A stretch of 63,983 nt of DNA, filler included, from Vicugna vicugna (GCA_013265495.1; 81 parts of 80 records of this genome joined end to end with filler, not necessarily neighbours in it), one strand, 5' to 3'. Counted from the first letter of the whole stretch, positions 36,715-49,216 are shown. Numbers and translations: made by a program. The notes: generated by a model from the letters alone, not told the origin.

Positions 36715-37532
36715 CAGCCTCAAGGGCCAGACTGAGACGGGCCTACAGCCCGGGGCAGAAAGGATCTTGGCTGGGTCTTGGCTCGGAGCAGGGACGAGGC
36801 TGCCCCTTCGTCTTCCCCGAGCCCACCTGCGGAGCGCGACCAGGGCGGAGCGCCGACCAGGTCGGAGCATGACCAGGGCGGAGCGCCGACCAGAGTGGAG
36901 AGCGACCAGGGCGGAGCGCGCAGCCGCACAGAGCAGCGGAGCTACCGGCGGCGCAGGCAGGGGGAGAGCGGCCCCCCGCCTGTCGGGCAGGAACACAGCC
37001 CCTGACTGAGGTGCTGGGAGGGGGCACGACCCGCCCTCCTGCCTGGCCAGTCTGCAACATCTGACTGTGGCNNNNNNNNNNNNNNNNNNNNNNNNNNNNN
37101 NNNNNNNNNNNNNNNNNNNNNNNNNNNNNNNNNNNNNNNNNNNNNNNNNNNNNNNNNNNNNNNNNNNNNNNNNNNNNNNNNNNNNNNNNNNNNNNNNNNN
37201 NNNNNNNNNNNNNNNNNNNNNNNNNNNNNNNNNNNNNNNNNNNNNNNNNNNNNNNNNNNNNNNNNNNNNNNNNNNNNNNNNNNNNNNNNNNNNNNNNNNN
37301 NNNNNNNNNNNNNNNNNNNNNNNNNNNNNNNNNNNNNNNNNNNNNNNNNNNNNNNNNNNNNNNNNNNNNNNNNNNNNNNNNNNNNNNNNNNNNNNNNNNN
37401 NNNNNNNNNNNNNNNNNNNNNNNNNNNNNATGCCCTGTTTTAGACACAGGCTTCAAACACATATATTCGCCTCCCCACCCCTTTTTTTTTCTTTCTTTCT
37501 TTTTTAAAGGTTTTAAAAGGATGTCTCCACCC
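36715..37532 (+). mobile_element. Probable LINE-1 5'UTR (CpG-rich) with 33-bp tandem repeats
   Basis: GACCAGGGCGGAGCGC at 36838, 36871 and 36904. The downstream TAGACACAGGCTTCAAACACATATATTC is shared with 52786-53621, which leads into ORF1. Confidence 0.65.
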
Positions 37533-37632
37533 NNNNNNNNNNNNNNNNNNNNNNNNNNNNNNNNNNNNNNNNNNNNTTAATTAATTAANNNNNNNNNNNN
37601 NNNNNNNNNNNNNNNNNNNNNNNNNNNNNNNN

Positions 37633-38066
37633 TCTATCTATTCAGTTCCTATGGACTTTTTTTAAATTGGATTGTTTACTCTTTTTTATGTTGTATTGGG
37701 GTAAGAGTTTGCCATATATTTTGGATATTAACACTTGATTGTAAATTATCACTTAAAAATATATTCTACCATTGTGTTGGTTGACTGTTAATTTTATTGA
37801 TAATTTCTTCTGCAGTGTAAATCTGTTTAGTGTGACACAATCATATTTTGTTAGTTTTATTTCTGCTTTCCTTGACAGAGGAGGCATATGCAGAATCAAA
37901 TTAAGTCCAATATCAGAGTGTACTTCTTATGTTTTACCCTAGGATTCTTTAATTTCATGTTTTATGCTTTATGTGCCCATGAATGGGATTGCTGTGTCAA
38001 TATTCAAAGGAACTTCCATACTGTTTCCAAAGTTGTTTCACAAATTTTATTTCCCACCAACAGCAT
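37633..38066 (-). mobile_element. LINE-1 ORF2 3' region decayed fragment
   Basis: TATATTTTGGATATTAAC, GGAACTTCCATACTGTTTCC...TTCCCACCAACAG: antisense L1 ORF2. Confidence 0.75.
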
Positions 38067-38166
38067 NNNNNNNNNNNNNNNNNNNNNNNNNNNNNNNNNN
38101 NNNNNNNNNNTTAATTAATTAANNNNNNNNNNNNNNNNNNNNNNNNNNNNNNNNNNNNNNNNNNNN

Positions 38167-38345
38167 TGCACAAAACATGTATGAATCTTAGAAACATAAT
38201 ACTGAGAAGAGCATATCAAAAAAAAATCCCAACTATATTATCCTATTTGTACAGTGTTCAAAAATGGACAAAGCCAGTCTATCCATGGGATGTGGTGTCC
38301 CTGGAAGGATGGCAGTGACCAGGAGGAGACACACGGGGGCTTCCC
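38167..38345 (+). mobile_element. Old L1ME-like 3'UTR remnant
   Basis: ACATGTATGAATCTTAGAAACATAATACTGAG...GTTCAAAAATGGACAAAGC. Confidence 0.55.
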
Positions 38346-38624
38346 GAGAGCAAGGCTACAAACAAGACAGAGCTGCAGAGTCAGTCTGCCTCTGGGAGGT
38401 CCTAAATCTTCCAACGAAGCTTCCTAAAGCCTCTTTTTCAACAGCAGCACAGACAGGGGCGCAGCAGGGCAAAGGTCAACTGCAGCAGCACAGGCTGCAG
38501 CAGGAAGCCATTTAGGCTTGTGATCGTTCAGGTTTTATACCTTTGCTGATCGCATCCCTAGAGACCCTGCATTAGTTACTTTCCATTTCCAACCAGGTAT
38601 AACCCATGTCCATAAATTCTGGGG

Positions 38625-38783
38625 TTTTTTAATTTTTAGTTTTTATTGAAGTATAGTCAGTTTACAATGTTGTGTCAATTTTTGGTGTACCGCATAATGC
38701 TTCAGTCATTCATGTACCTACATATATTCCTTTTCATATTCTTTGTCACTATAGGTTACTACAAGATGTGGAATACAGTTCCC
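38625..38783 (-). mobile_element. Cetartiodactyl-type LINE-1 3' end
   Basis: TTTTATTGAAGTATAGTCAGTTTACAATGTTGTGTCAATT...ATAGGTTACTACAAGATGTGGAATACAGTTCCC. Confidence 0.85.
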
Positions 38784-39213
38784 CCAAATCCTGGTTTATT
38801 TGCAATGAATAATCTAGAAATACCCTGGGTGCCCTGCTAAGGTCATTCTGGATAAGAACTTAGTACAGAATAACCCCGAAAAATTCCTCTTTATCTTTCA
38901 AGTATAAATGTGATTACTATGTCCACAAGCTCAGGTGAAAGGAGGCACAAAGCAAGTTATGGGCACACAATGCTCTCCTTCCCAATGGCATTTATTTACT
39001 TATAGGCAAAATATTGTAAAGATGATGTTAGAAGAATTAGAGATATGAGATGATCGAGAAAATGTAAGATAGCTGTTGTGGTGAGATATGTCAGTGATGA
39101 AGGAAACAGGATGNNNNNNNNNNNNNNNNNNNNNNNNNNNNNNNNNNNNNNNNNNNNTTAATTAATTAANNNNNNNNNNNNNNNNNNNNNNNNNNNNNNN
39201 NNNNNNNNNNNNN

Positions 39214-39746
39214 CTCTATGTTATTTTGGAGTGTTTCCAGAAGATCAGAGTGTGAGTGAGAATGTGCTTTGTAGTGCCACGGAAATGTCCCACTGAAACC
39301 AGTTCTTCCAAGAGCTTCTCTGTCTACAGAAACACCAGTGGAAGCATATCTATGGATGTCACACATCAGGCCCTCCTGGAATGATCCCGCAACCCGAACT
39401 TGGTTTCCTCGCTGCCGAACCGTGCCGGTGCCATCCAAAATGTAGCATCCGCTTTTGAGAGATAAACTGAAGGAAATCCTTCCTCTTCTCACGCTGTGGT
39501 CTTGGACCACACTTCCTTGTCCTCTCATCCTTGTGGCACGGGTGCACGAACGTGTGCACGAAGGCAACCACAGAGCTGTTTCACATCCTGTGCCTCAAAC
39601 CAAACCATAATCACAGCCCAGGTGATGAATGTAGCAGATCCTAAGGCTTTTCATTCTGAATTCATACCCAAGGCCCACTGGATCCCTCAGACCCGATGCA
39701 AAATATCTCTGTTTCAGCCCCACACATGCTCTATTGGCAAAATGCC
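39214..39746. repeat. Unclassified multicopy sequence, paralogous (reverse complement) to 58417-58844
   Basis: Shared blocks such as CATCCTGTGCCTCAAACCAAACCATAATC and GAATGTAGCAGATCCTAAGGCTTTTCATTCTGA. Confidence 0.85.
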
Positions 39747-39846
39747 NNNNNNNNNNNNNNNNNNNNNNNNNNNNNNNNNNNNNNNNNNNNTTAATTAATT
39801 AANNNNNNNNNNNNNNNNNNNNNNNNNNNNNNNNNNNNNNNNNNNN

Positions 39847-40261
39847 ATAAGCCCATGGGCTGAAATGATAAACAAGCTGTGAGGAATGTCATATATCCAG
39901 GCTGGATAATAAATGGCCTAATCAATGTATCTAGTATGGATGGCTGGATAGCCTATGCTGGGTAAGATCCTCAGATGAGGACAAACTAAGACAGGCACAG
40001 CCGGCTGCATAAGAGATGGCCTACTTAATGAATTTCCGTGATGAACTTTAAAACAATCCTTGATTATTTAACATCCTGTGCTTACTGCAGGAGCATGGGG
40101 ACATAAATAGTTTATGTTTATTCACATTGTTATAACTTAGATGATATGTGAGGCATTGTGCATGTCCTATATAAAACCTTCTTCTAAGAATCAATAAACA
40201 GAGAACTGCTTCGCTTCTCTCCACACAGTGTTTGTGTGTATATGATATCGTGCCACTGACA
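39847..40261 (+). mobile_element. LTR-like element abutting L1
   Basis: TATATAAAA at 40168, AATAAA at 40193, GT-rich U5-like tail ending ...CTGACA. Confidence 0.45.
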
Positions 40262-40284
40262 GGGTTAATTTAATTTGTTGGGAG

Positions 40285-40629
40285 TATCATAAAAGGATGT
40301 TGCATTATATACAATGCTCTTTCTGCACCTATTGAGATGATTATGTGTTTTATTTCTCATTCTATTAGTGTGGCATGTCACCTTTATTGATTTGAATATT
40401 TTGAAGTATCCTTAAACCCAGGGATAAATCCCTTTACTCATGTATGTGTATGATACATTAAATGTGTTGTTGAATTCATTTTGCCTGTGTTTTGTTGAGA
40501 ATTTTGGCACATATGTTCATCAGGGATAATATTATATTTTGCATGTCCTTTCTAGCATTGTTATGCAAATAAATCTGGCATCACAAAACAAGTTTGGAAT
40601 CTTTCACCCCCTTCAAATTCTTGGAAGAT
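40285..40629 (-). mobile_element. LINE-1 ORF2 decayed fragment
   Basis: TTCTGCACCTATTGAGATGAT, CCAGGGATAAATCCC, TTTGTTGAGAATTTTGGCACATATGTTCATCAGGGATA. Confidence 0.85.
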
Positions 40630-42288
40630 NNNNNNNNNNNNNNNNNNNNNNNNNNNNNNNNNNNNNNNNNNNNTTAATTAATTAANNNNNNNNNNNNNNN
40701 NNNNNNNNNNNNNNNNNNNNNNNNNNNNNAGTGTGGATTCAGATTCAGGGGTAACTTGAGTCCATATCCCCACTTATTCCCAGAGCTCCCTGCTCTTCCC
40801 CTAATATTATTGAAAGAAGTGGGGAAAGTTTCTGAAGCGAAGGGCATGTTCCATTGCAAAGAAATCTCGTTGCAAACCTGGGAGCATGACCAGTAAATGG
40901 TTAACGCTGAGATCAGTGGCAGTGGGAAACCTAGCAGGGACAGCTCTTTACAAGTCACATCATGTACTCTGTGTGTGTCCATGTGTGTGTGCATACAGAC
41001 GTGTGGGCATGTATGAGGTATACACCTGCCTTTCGTGTGAAGCCGCCTCACTGTCCAAATTTGAAATCCATCCAAACGTGCAGTGCAGTCAAGCCGAAGC
41101 TAGACGCTAAGTTGTCTGTTGTTGCTCTGTCTCTTCTGCTGAACTCCATGAGTAAGCCACGTGCCAGCTGTTGCTTTCAGGGAAAACAGCTCTGTAGGCT
41201 ACAGGTCCATGCCTTGTTCCACTGCCAACTCCGATTTTATTTCAGGGCAAATTGCCATTTCAAAAAGGGGGAAGCATTGAGTTTGCCCACAAGCCTCTGA
41301 GTGAGGAAAAAGACAACGTTAGAGAGAGCTCTGTGGGACAGCACCCAGGAGGGGCAGAGCACTGGGCTGCGAGTCGAGGCTGTGTTTCTTTCAAGCTCTG
41401 CACTGACTTTGAGGCGGCATGTCACTTCTTTGGCCCTCGATTTGTTCAGCTTAAATTAGGATCCTGGACCTGTTTGATCCAACATTAGAGTATTACTTTT
41501 CTGCTTGGTGACCCTCCATGTCTCCGCAATTCCTTCTGAGGGAAAAATGCTCACATCCTCACTGAGGCCTCTTAGGCTCCACCCCCAAAACCACTACTTA
41601 TTTGCTATTAAATNNNNNNNNNNNNNNNNNNNNNNNNNNNNNNNNNNNNNNNNNNNNTTAATTAATTAANNNNNNNNNNNNNNNNNNNNNNNNNNNNNNN
41701 NNNNNNNNNNNNNAAGTATTTGCGAGACTAAGAGATGGCTACAGCCCGTGATTATGCATGGTAGTGTTTGAGGCTGTGGAAGCCCAGATTATATTCATGG
41801 TGTACATGCAATCACACCTACACACTGATAGGTGCCGTGGTGGCGGAGCTGATGTTCCAAAGCAGGCAGCCTTATGCTGTAAGAGAACTCTAAATAGAAA
41901 GGAAGAAATGCAATGTCCTGTAATGCTATATGGGCCATTAACTGATAGTATATCTTGACTAATGAAACCCCAAAATAAATTGTCAACGTCGATTTTCTTC
42001 ATCTGATCGTTTTATGCTAACTTTGGATATTAAACCCTCACTCCATAAGTAAAGCTCAGGCTTATGCTGCAGCACAGCTACAGCCCGTGGAAGAAAGCCA
42101 ATCAAGGGAGAACTGGAGAGTTTCCCTTCAGAAGCTACTAAGTGTGGTTTTGCTCCTGTAGGTCATTTGCAACCACGTCATCGACCTANNNNNNNNNNNN
42201 NNNNNNNNNNNNNNNNNNNNNNNNNNNNNNNNTTAATTAATTAANNNNNNNNNNNNNNNNNNNNNNNNNNNNNNNNNNNNNNNNNNNN

Positions 42289-43076
42289 TAGGAAAACCCT
42301 CAGGGAAGACGAGCTTAGGCATTCCGTTAGAAAACACACGCTGCCAACCGTCGGTGGAACCTCCCCACGCTCAGGATTCGGCAGCCATTTTCAGTGCGTG
42401 GGGGAGCTCGAGAGGCAACTCCAAGCAGCTCTCTTCAGTCACAGGTGTTCCCTTTTCGGGGAAGTCCGAGAAATACCTTCCCTGACCTTTGGGAGGCAGC
42501 CCCTGTCACTCGGATTTCCTGCAAACCCCCCTAACATTCCCTGGTACAGGAATATTAGGAAAATTCTCAGGGGAGACGAACTTAGGCATTCCGTTAGAAC
42601 GCACGCGCTGCCGACCGTTGGTGGAACCTCCCCACGCTCCGGATTCCGCAGCCATTGTCAGTGCGTGGGGGAGCTCGAGAGGCAACTCCACGGAGCTCGC
42701 TTCAGTCACAGGTGTTCCCTGTTCGGGGAAGTCCGAGAAATACCTTCCCTGACCTTGCTGAGGCAGCCTCTGTCACTGGGATTTCCTGCAAACCCCCCTA
42801 GCATTCCCTGGCAAAGGAATATTTGGAAAATACTCAGGGGAGAGGAGCTTAGGCATTCTGTTAGAACCCAAGCATTGCCGACCGTTGGTGGAACCTCCAC
42901 CTCCCCACGGATTCCGCAGCCGTTTTCAGTGCGTGGTGGATCTCGAGAGGCACCTCCACGGAGCTCGCTTCAGTCATAGGTGTTCTCTGTACGCGGAAGT
43001 CCGAGAAATTACTTCCCTGTCTTTGGGGAGACAGCCTCTGTCACTGGGAATTCCTGCAAACCCCCCTTGCATTCCC
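42289..43076. repeat. SatA, reverse orientation, ~3 monomers
   Basis: CTTAGGCATTC.GTTAGAA three times at ~267-bp spacing. Confidence 0.95.
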
Positions 43077-43176
43077 NNNNNNNNNNNNNNNNNNNNNNNN
43101 NNNNNNNNNNNNNNNNNNNNTTAATTAATTAANNNNNNNNNNNNNNNNNNNNNNNNNNNNNNNNNNNNNNNNNNNN

Positions 43177-43953
43177 CTGGGATATCCTGCAATCACCCCT
43201 AGCATTCTTTGGCACAGAGACTTTAGGAAAAATCTCATGGGAGAAAAGCTTAGGCATTCCGTTAGAACCCACGCGCTGCCGACCGTTGCTGGAACCTCCG
43301 CACGCTCAGGATTCCGGAACCATTGTCAGTGCATGGGGGAGCTCGAGAGACAACTCCACGCAGCTCTCTTCATTCACAGGAGTTCCTGTTCGGGGAAGAC
43401 CGGGAAATAACTTCCCTGACCTTGGGGAGGCAGCGTATGACACTGGGATATCCTGCAAACCCCCCTACCATTCCCTGGCACAGAGACATTAGGAAAACCC
43501 TCAGGGGAGACGAGCTTATGCATTCCGTTAGAACCGACGNNNNNNNNNNNNNNNNNNNNNNNNNNNNNNNNNNNNNNNNNNNNNNNNNNNNNNNNNNNNN
43601 NNNNNNNNNNNNNNNNNNNNNNNNNNNNNNNNNNNNNAAGTCCGGGAAATACCTTCCCTTAGCTTGGGGAGGCAGCGTATGTCACTGCGGTATCCTGCAA
43701 ACCCCCTACCATTCCCTGGTACAGAGACATTAGGAAAACCCTCAGGGGAGACGAGCTTAGGCATTCCGTTAGAACCCACGCGCTGCCGACCGTGGTGGAA
43801 CCTCCCCACGCTCAGGATTCCGGAACAATTGTCAGTGCGTGGGGGAGCTCGAGAGACAACTCCACGCAGCGCACTTCAGTCACAGGATTTCCCTATTCGT
43901 GGAAGTCAGGGATATAACTTCCCTGACCTTGGGTAGGCAGACTCGGACACTGG
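43177..43953. repeat. SatA, reverse orientation
   Basis: GGCATTCCGTTAGAACCCACGCGCTGCCGACCG and related motifs. Confidence 0.95.
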
Positions 43954-45519
43954 NNNNNNNNNNNNNNNNNNNNNNNNNNNNNNNNNNNNNNNNNNNNTTA
44001 ATTAATTAANNNNNNNNNNNNNNNNNNNNNNNNNNNNNNNNNNNNNNNNNNNNAACAGAACTGTACTACGCCTATATTCATAAAAGTCACGTCTGTATAT
44101 TTCCAACAGTAGGTAATCAAAGTATTTGCAAAATACTTCTCAAAGAGCCAGGAAATCATAGAAGGGTATTGAAATATAAAAACATTTATTTACATATTAA
44201 AACAGCATGAGCTTTATTCTCTCTATTAAAAAAGTGACATGTCAAATCAAAATTTTGAAATTTTAAAACCTGAAAAGAGTGCAGGAAAAAATCAAAATTT
44301 TCTTTAATCACAAAGGAGAGAAGCTTATTCCCTGATAATAATCAATGTGGATTTTTCTAAACTTAATGGTTCTGGTCAGAATCCCGAGAAATTAAATGTC
44401 TGATGGATGGTTACACGGCAACATGAATTCTGAGGTGTAGCAATACACATTCTGTGTAAATAATCTTCAAGGTCGTCTGCTTAAGGCAATTTAAGTAGTC
44501 CCTGTCTCACTAGAATGACACAGATTTCATTAAAGCTTCATACTGCACTTAAAAAAAAACAATCCTAGTTACTTTAAGCCATANNNNNNNNNNNNNNNNN
44601 NNNNNNNNNNNNNNNNNNNNNNNNNNNNNNNNNNNNNNNNNNNNNNNNNNNNNNNNNNNNNNNNNNNNNNNNNNNNNNNNNNNNNNNNNNNNNNNNNNNN
44701 NNNNNNNNNNNNNNNNNNNNNNNNNNNNNNNNNNNNNNNNNNNNNNNNNNNNNNNNNNNNNNNNNNNNNNNNNNNNACGAAATATACTTAAGCCATGTAA
44801 ACAACTAAGATATTCATCATCAGGAAAGAAAAGAGTAAGGATTTTACTTACAATACTCACTGACAAAGTTTTCTTTCATACTAAGATTACATAAAACAAA
44901 TTCAGTGTTTGGAAATTTTTCAGTAAATAAGCACCACTAGAAAAAACAAGTAACATCATTAGCAACAGATGGACTTTCAAAGACCACTTCTCTCTTGCAC
45001 AATAATTATTTTAAATGTTTTGGTTTTAGTTCTCACAAAGCACTAAAGTAAAAAAAATTACCTTTAAAGTCATTATCTGAGAATAAAACATTTGTGAAAA
45101 TGTACAATTTTAATTTATGCCNNNNNNNNNNNNNNNNNNNNNNNNNNNNNNNNNNNNNNNNNNNNTTAATTAATTAANNNNNNNNNNNNNNNNNNNNNNN
45201 NNNNNNNNNNNNNNNNNNNNNAACATGGATTTCCCTGGGAAAGTGTGTCCCTGCATATATAAACAGTGGGCCCTAGGCAAGATGAAGCAAGGAGAGCCCA
45301 CCACAGCAACAGCGCTTCAGCATGGGAAGAACAGTGCCTGTGGAGTGTCCGTACTATGTCTCCAGGTCCTTCTAACAGCAACTACACTGGCTGGTAATAG
45401 AGTGATTTTCACAAGCAGGTTTTTCCTATTGGAATTAAACATTGTTTTCTAAATGTACCACCACTTATATAATTGTAGTTTGGGTTGTTTCCAGTTTTTA
45501 TTTTTCCTGTGATGTAATG

Positions 45520-45820
45520 TTTGCAAAAATAGCAAACTTGCAGAAAAGTCACAAAAGTGAAAACAATACGCAAAAGATCACCCCAAATACCCTTTACCTA
45601 CATAAACCTATTTAGCAACGTTTTGCTTGATTTCTTGCTGTCCCCTCTACTACACTCTGTACGTGTATGTGTCTAAGTATTTGAGGATCATAGACAACAG
45701 ACACACCATGGCCCAATATCCTTAAATACTTAAGGATATTCTCTCATATACCCACCAGACAGCTCCAAGTTTCAGCAAATTTAACACTGACCACCCATGT
45801 CCCCACTGTGTCATTAACTG
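45520..45820 (-). mobile_element. Old L1MC/MD-like 3'UTR remnant
   Basis: CAAACTTGCAGAAAAGTCACAAAAG...ATACCCTTTACC...CCTTAAATACTTAAGGATATTCTCT. Confidence 0.55.
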
Positions 45821-46776
45821 AACCAAATGTGATGTGCTGCGGGACAACCCGTGTGCCCCCTTGGAATTCTCAGCTTTCTTTCTAGCTTAAGCTGTTATAT
45901 TTTGGACCCACAAATCCTTTCAAAGAAACACCTATTTTACTGGAATGCTGTTTACTAGCTTCGTGTTACAAAAACAAATGAAAGTCAGTTATAATCGGCG
46001 GCTGTACTGCACTGTGTCACTGCCTCAATGCAAGCTTTGCCTGTAGANNNNNNNNNNNNNNNNNNNNNNNNNNNNNNNNNNNNNNNNNNNNTTAATTAAT
46101 TAANNNNNNNNNNNNNNNNNNNNNNNNNNNNNNNNNNNNNNNNNNNNCATGGAAAGTTGTCTTATTTGCAACAGTTCAGTTGAACTCCAACCATTCAAAA
46201 ACAAAAGAAACAAATATAGTATGTATGTTAGAGTCTGAAATAGACTTTAAAAGGTCATCATTGTCTAAACATTTCTAGCAAATTGAATAAACTAGAATTA
46301 ACAGAAAGCGGGAGTGTAATCTGAAGCTCACTGAAATGGGGACACTACACAGTGGGCTTTAACTTGGGTTAATGACCAAGTCAACAGGGGGAAATGGCCC
46401 CACTGTTGAGGCTGAAGAGTCAGAAGGCGTGTTCATATGTGAACCGGTGAATAGAATCTGAGCTAAAGCTGCGCCGTGTGTGGGCCAGTGTGACACCCAT
46501 CACGGAGCACAGGCTGGTTTAAGGCATGCTATCGCCTCTCAGGGAACTCACAGTGTAGGAGAGACACAGGCAGACTTGACGAGAAAATACATGGCAAGAG
46601 ATAGCCTACAATTCATACCAAATAAGAGGAGAAAAAGTGAGTAACTTTTTGACTTCCTTCCAGGTTACTCCCAGAGCTTCTATGAATTAAAAGGAGACCA
46701 CTCCAACATACATTTATAATTCTTTAAAAGGCATTAAATAAGGCTGAAGTTATTTGCAACCTAATTTGTTTAGAAT

Positions 46777-46834
46777 TATCCTGGGTTTCTTGGTTTATTG
46801 GTATATATCCTGGGTTTCTTGGTTTATTGGTATA
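46777..46834. repeat. Perfect 29-bp tandem duplication
   Basis: TATCCTGGGTTTCTTGGTTTATTGGTATA x2. Confidence 0.95.
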
Positions 46835-47169
46835 AAACATAAACCCCTCCCGCACTGTATTTAAAAGCTAAGTGAAAAGTTAGAATCCGAAAGATTATGG
46901 CAGAGCTACAAAATATAATAAAGATAAATGGAAAATAAAGCCTGTGGATACTTTTGGCTATTTTGTGCCATGCATTCAGTAGGAAATGAGTTATGATGAG
47001 ACCCTGGAGGAGCCTCATTGGCCTCTAGGACAAGGGAGTTGGTCCCAATGAGAAGAAGCCACAGAGAGGNNNNNNNNNNNNNNNNNNNNNNNNNNNNNNN
47101 NNNNNNNNNNNNNTTAATTAATTAANNNNNNNNNNNNNNNNNNNNNNNNNNNNNNNNNNNNNNNNNNNN

Positions 47170-47643
47170 ATCTGGCACCAGAAAACCCTCTTTGAGCGAA
47201 TTCTAACAAATACATATGTAACGTACATTGTTTACATAACCATGACATTCCGTACTACGAACATGATTCATGCATCACGGATTCCTCAAACATGCATTTC
47301 TGAGTTGTGAACATGCGCATGACTGATGTTTCAACCACCAAACAAGTTACCTATTCACTNNNNNNNNNNNNNNNNNNNNNNNNNNNNNNNNNNNNNNNNN
47401 NNNNNNNNNNNNNNNNNNNNNNNNNNNNNNNNNNNNNNNNNNNNNNNNNNNNNNNNNNNNNNNNNNNNNNNNNNNNNNNNNNNNNNNNNNNNNNNNNNNN
47501 NNNNNGCTACATACATAACGGATTCGACAAATATACATTCCTGAGTTGAGGTCATCCTGATTACTAATCTTTCCTCCTCTCTAAAAGTATAATTTTCCTC
47601 TAGACACGTGTACACATTTTTACAAGCTTTCCCTAAAACCAGG
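47170..47643. repeat. SatD, reverse orientation
   Basis: ATGCATTTCTGAGTTGTGAACATGCGCATGACTGATG; TCTAGACACGTGTACAC. Confidence 0.9.
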
Positions 47644-47885
47644 NNNNNNNNNNNNNNNNNNNNNNNNNNNNNNNNNNNNNNNNNNNNTTAATTAATTAAN
47701 NNNNNNNNNNNNNNNNNNNNNNNNNNNNNNNNNNNNNNNNNNNTATAATGAACAATGTGTCTGCATCAGTTGAGTTCTTCAGTGATCTGCAATGGCAGAT
47801 GATGGGGAGCTGACATAGCTGTATCTTAAATCATGACATGTTGACTAATCTTTTCACAGGAAGGAACCAAAGAGACCCAAAATCA

Positions 47886-48518
47886 GTGGATGAGAGAAAC
47901 TTCACCACAGTGAAGGAGTTCATGCTTTTAGGGTTCAAGACAGATCTCTGGTTACAGAGAGCTCTCTTTGGCATCTTCCTCATCATTTACATCTTCAGTC
48001 TCTTAGGGAATATCACCCTGATTTCTCTGATCTGTGCTGATTCTCAGCTTCATACACCCATGTATTTATTCATTGGAAACTTTCATTCCTGGATCTCTGG
48101 TATGCTTCTGTCAATGCCCCCCAAATCCTGATAACCTGCATTTCTGATGACAAAAGCATCTCCTTTGCTGGCTGTGCAGCTCAGTTCTTCTTCTCAGCTG
48201 GTCTCACCTACAGTGAGTGTCATCTGTTGGCCACCATGGCTTATGACCACTATGTGGCCATCTCCAACCCCTTGCTTTATTCCCAGGTGATGTCCCCATG
48301 GTTATGTGCCAGTCTCATTGTAGCTTCATACTTTTGTGGCTTTCTGAACTCAGCCATCATCACCAGTGAAACATTTGCCCTGAGCTTCAGTGGGGACAAC
48401 CTCATTGATGATTTTTTCTGTGATTTGCCTCCACTTGTCAAGTTGGCTTGTGATGTGGAAGAGAGTTACACTCTATTTTATACTTGCCTCCAATGTCATC
48501 ACTCCCTCTGTGTTTATC
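47886..48518 (+). pseudogene. Olfactory receptor pseudogene (class II, OR9G-like), truncated by contig end
   Basis: VDERNFTTVKEFMLLGF...LHTPMYLFIGN / frameshift ~48080 / SFLDLWY...ISFAGCAAQFFFSAGLTYSECHLLATMAYDHYVAISNPLLY...DDFFCDLPPLVKLAC / second frameshift ~48470 / LYFILASNVITPSVFI. GTG at the expected start; DRY changed to DHY. Confidence 0.93.
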
Positions 48519-49216
48519 NNNNNNNNNNNNNNNNNNNNNNNNNNNNNNNNNNNNNNNNNNNNTTAATTAATTAANNNNNNNNNNNNNNNNNNNNNNNNNN
48601 NNNNNNNNNNNNNNNNNNCATTTCTGAAGCAACCACTGCTTCCCTCTGCTCTCTGTATAATCCCCCATGCTCCCCAGGGCTGTCCAATATGATGTTCACA
48701 CAGACCTGGGCACAGGGGTCCACAGATTCTGGGTATTGAGAGATGCCTCCGCTTTTTAACAGGCCATCACCAGGAGCCTGTACTAGACCACAGCTGCTAA
48801 GTACACCGCATTTCTCCCCTCAGTGAGGTTCCTGGGCTGGCTCCCAGGGCCACCCAGTGACTGTCCATAAGGCTTCTACAGTGAAGGAAGGAGAAATGGA
48901 AAGTCTGGGGTCCAGGCCCTAGAAGACCCCTTGTGCTGTGATTCTGTAAAGTTCAGAGTGTACATGGTAGAAACAGAACACAGGATGGAATCTGGGGCAA
49001 AAATGCAGCCGTTAGTGGTACATCAGTGATTCCCCCCACATAAGATCCCGTGTCCCCTGTGTACTGGCCAATGACCCCATGTGGAGACACGGAGTAAGCT
49101 GGGGACCTGAGCAGTGNNNNNNNNNNNNNNNNNNNNNNNNNNNNNNNNNNNNNNNNNNNNTTAATTAATTAANNNNNNNNNNNNNNNNNNNNNNNNNNNN
49201 NNNNNNNNNNNNNNNN

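Noticed and set aside
44054..45121. Possible minus-strand 3'UTR (TTTATT signals at ~44184 and ~44212)
   Set aside because: AT-rich sequence yields such hexamers by chance, and no gene could be identified.
47838..48574. Two separate short CDSs (97 aa and 115 aa)
   Set aside because: They are frameshifted pieces of one olfactory receptor pseudogene.
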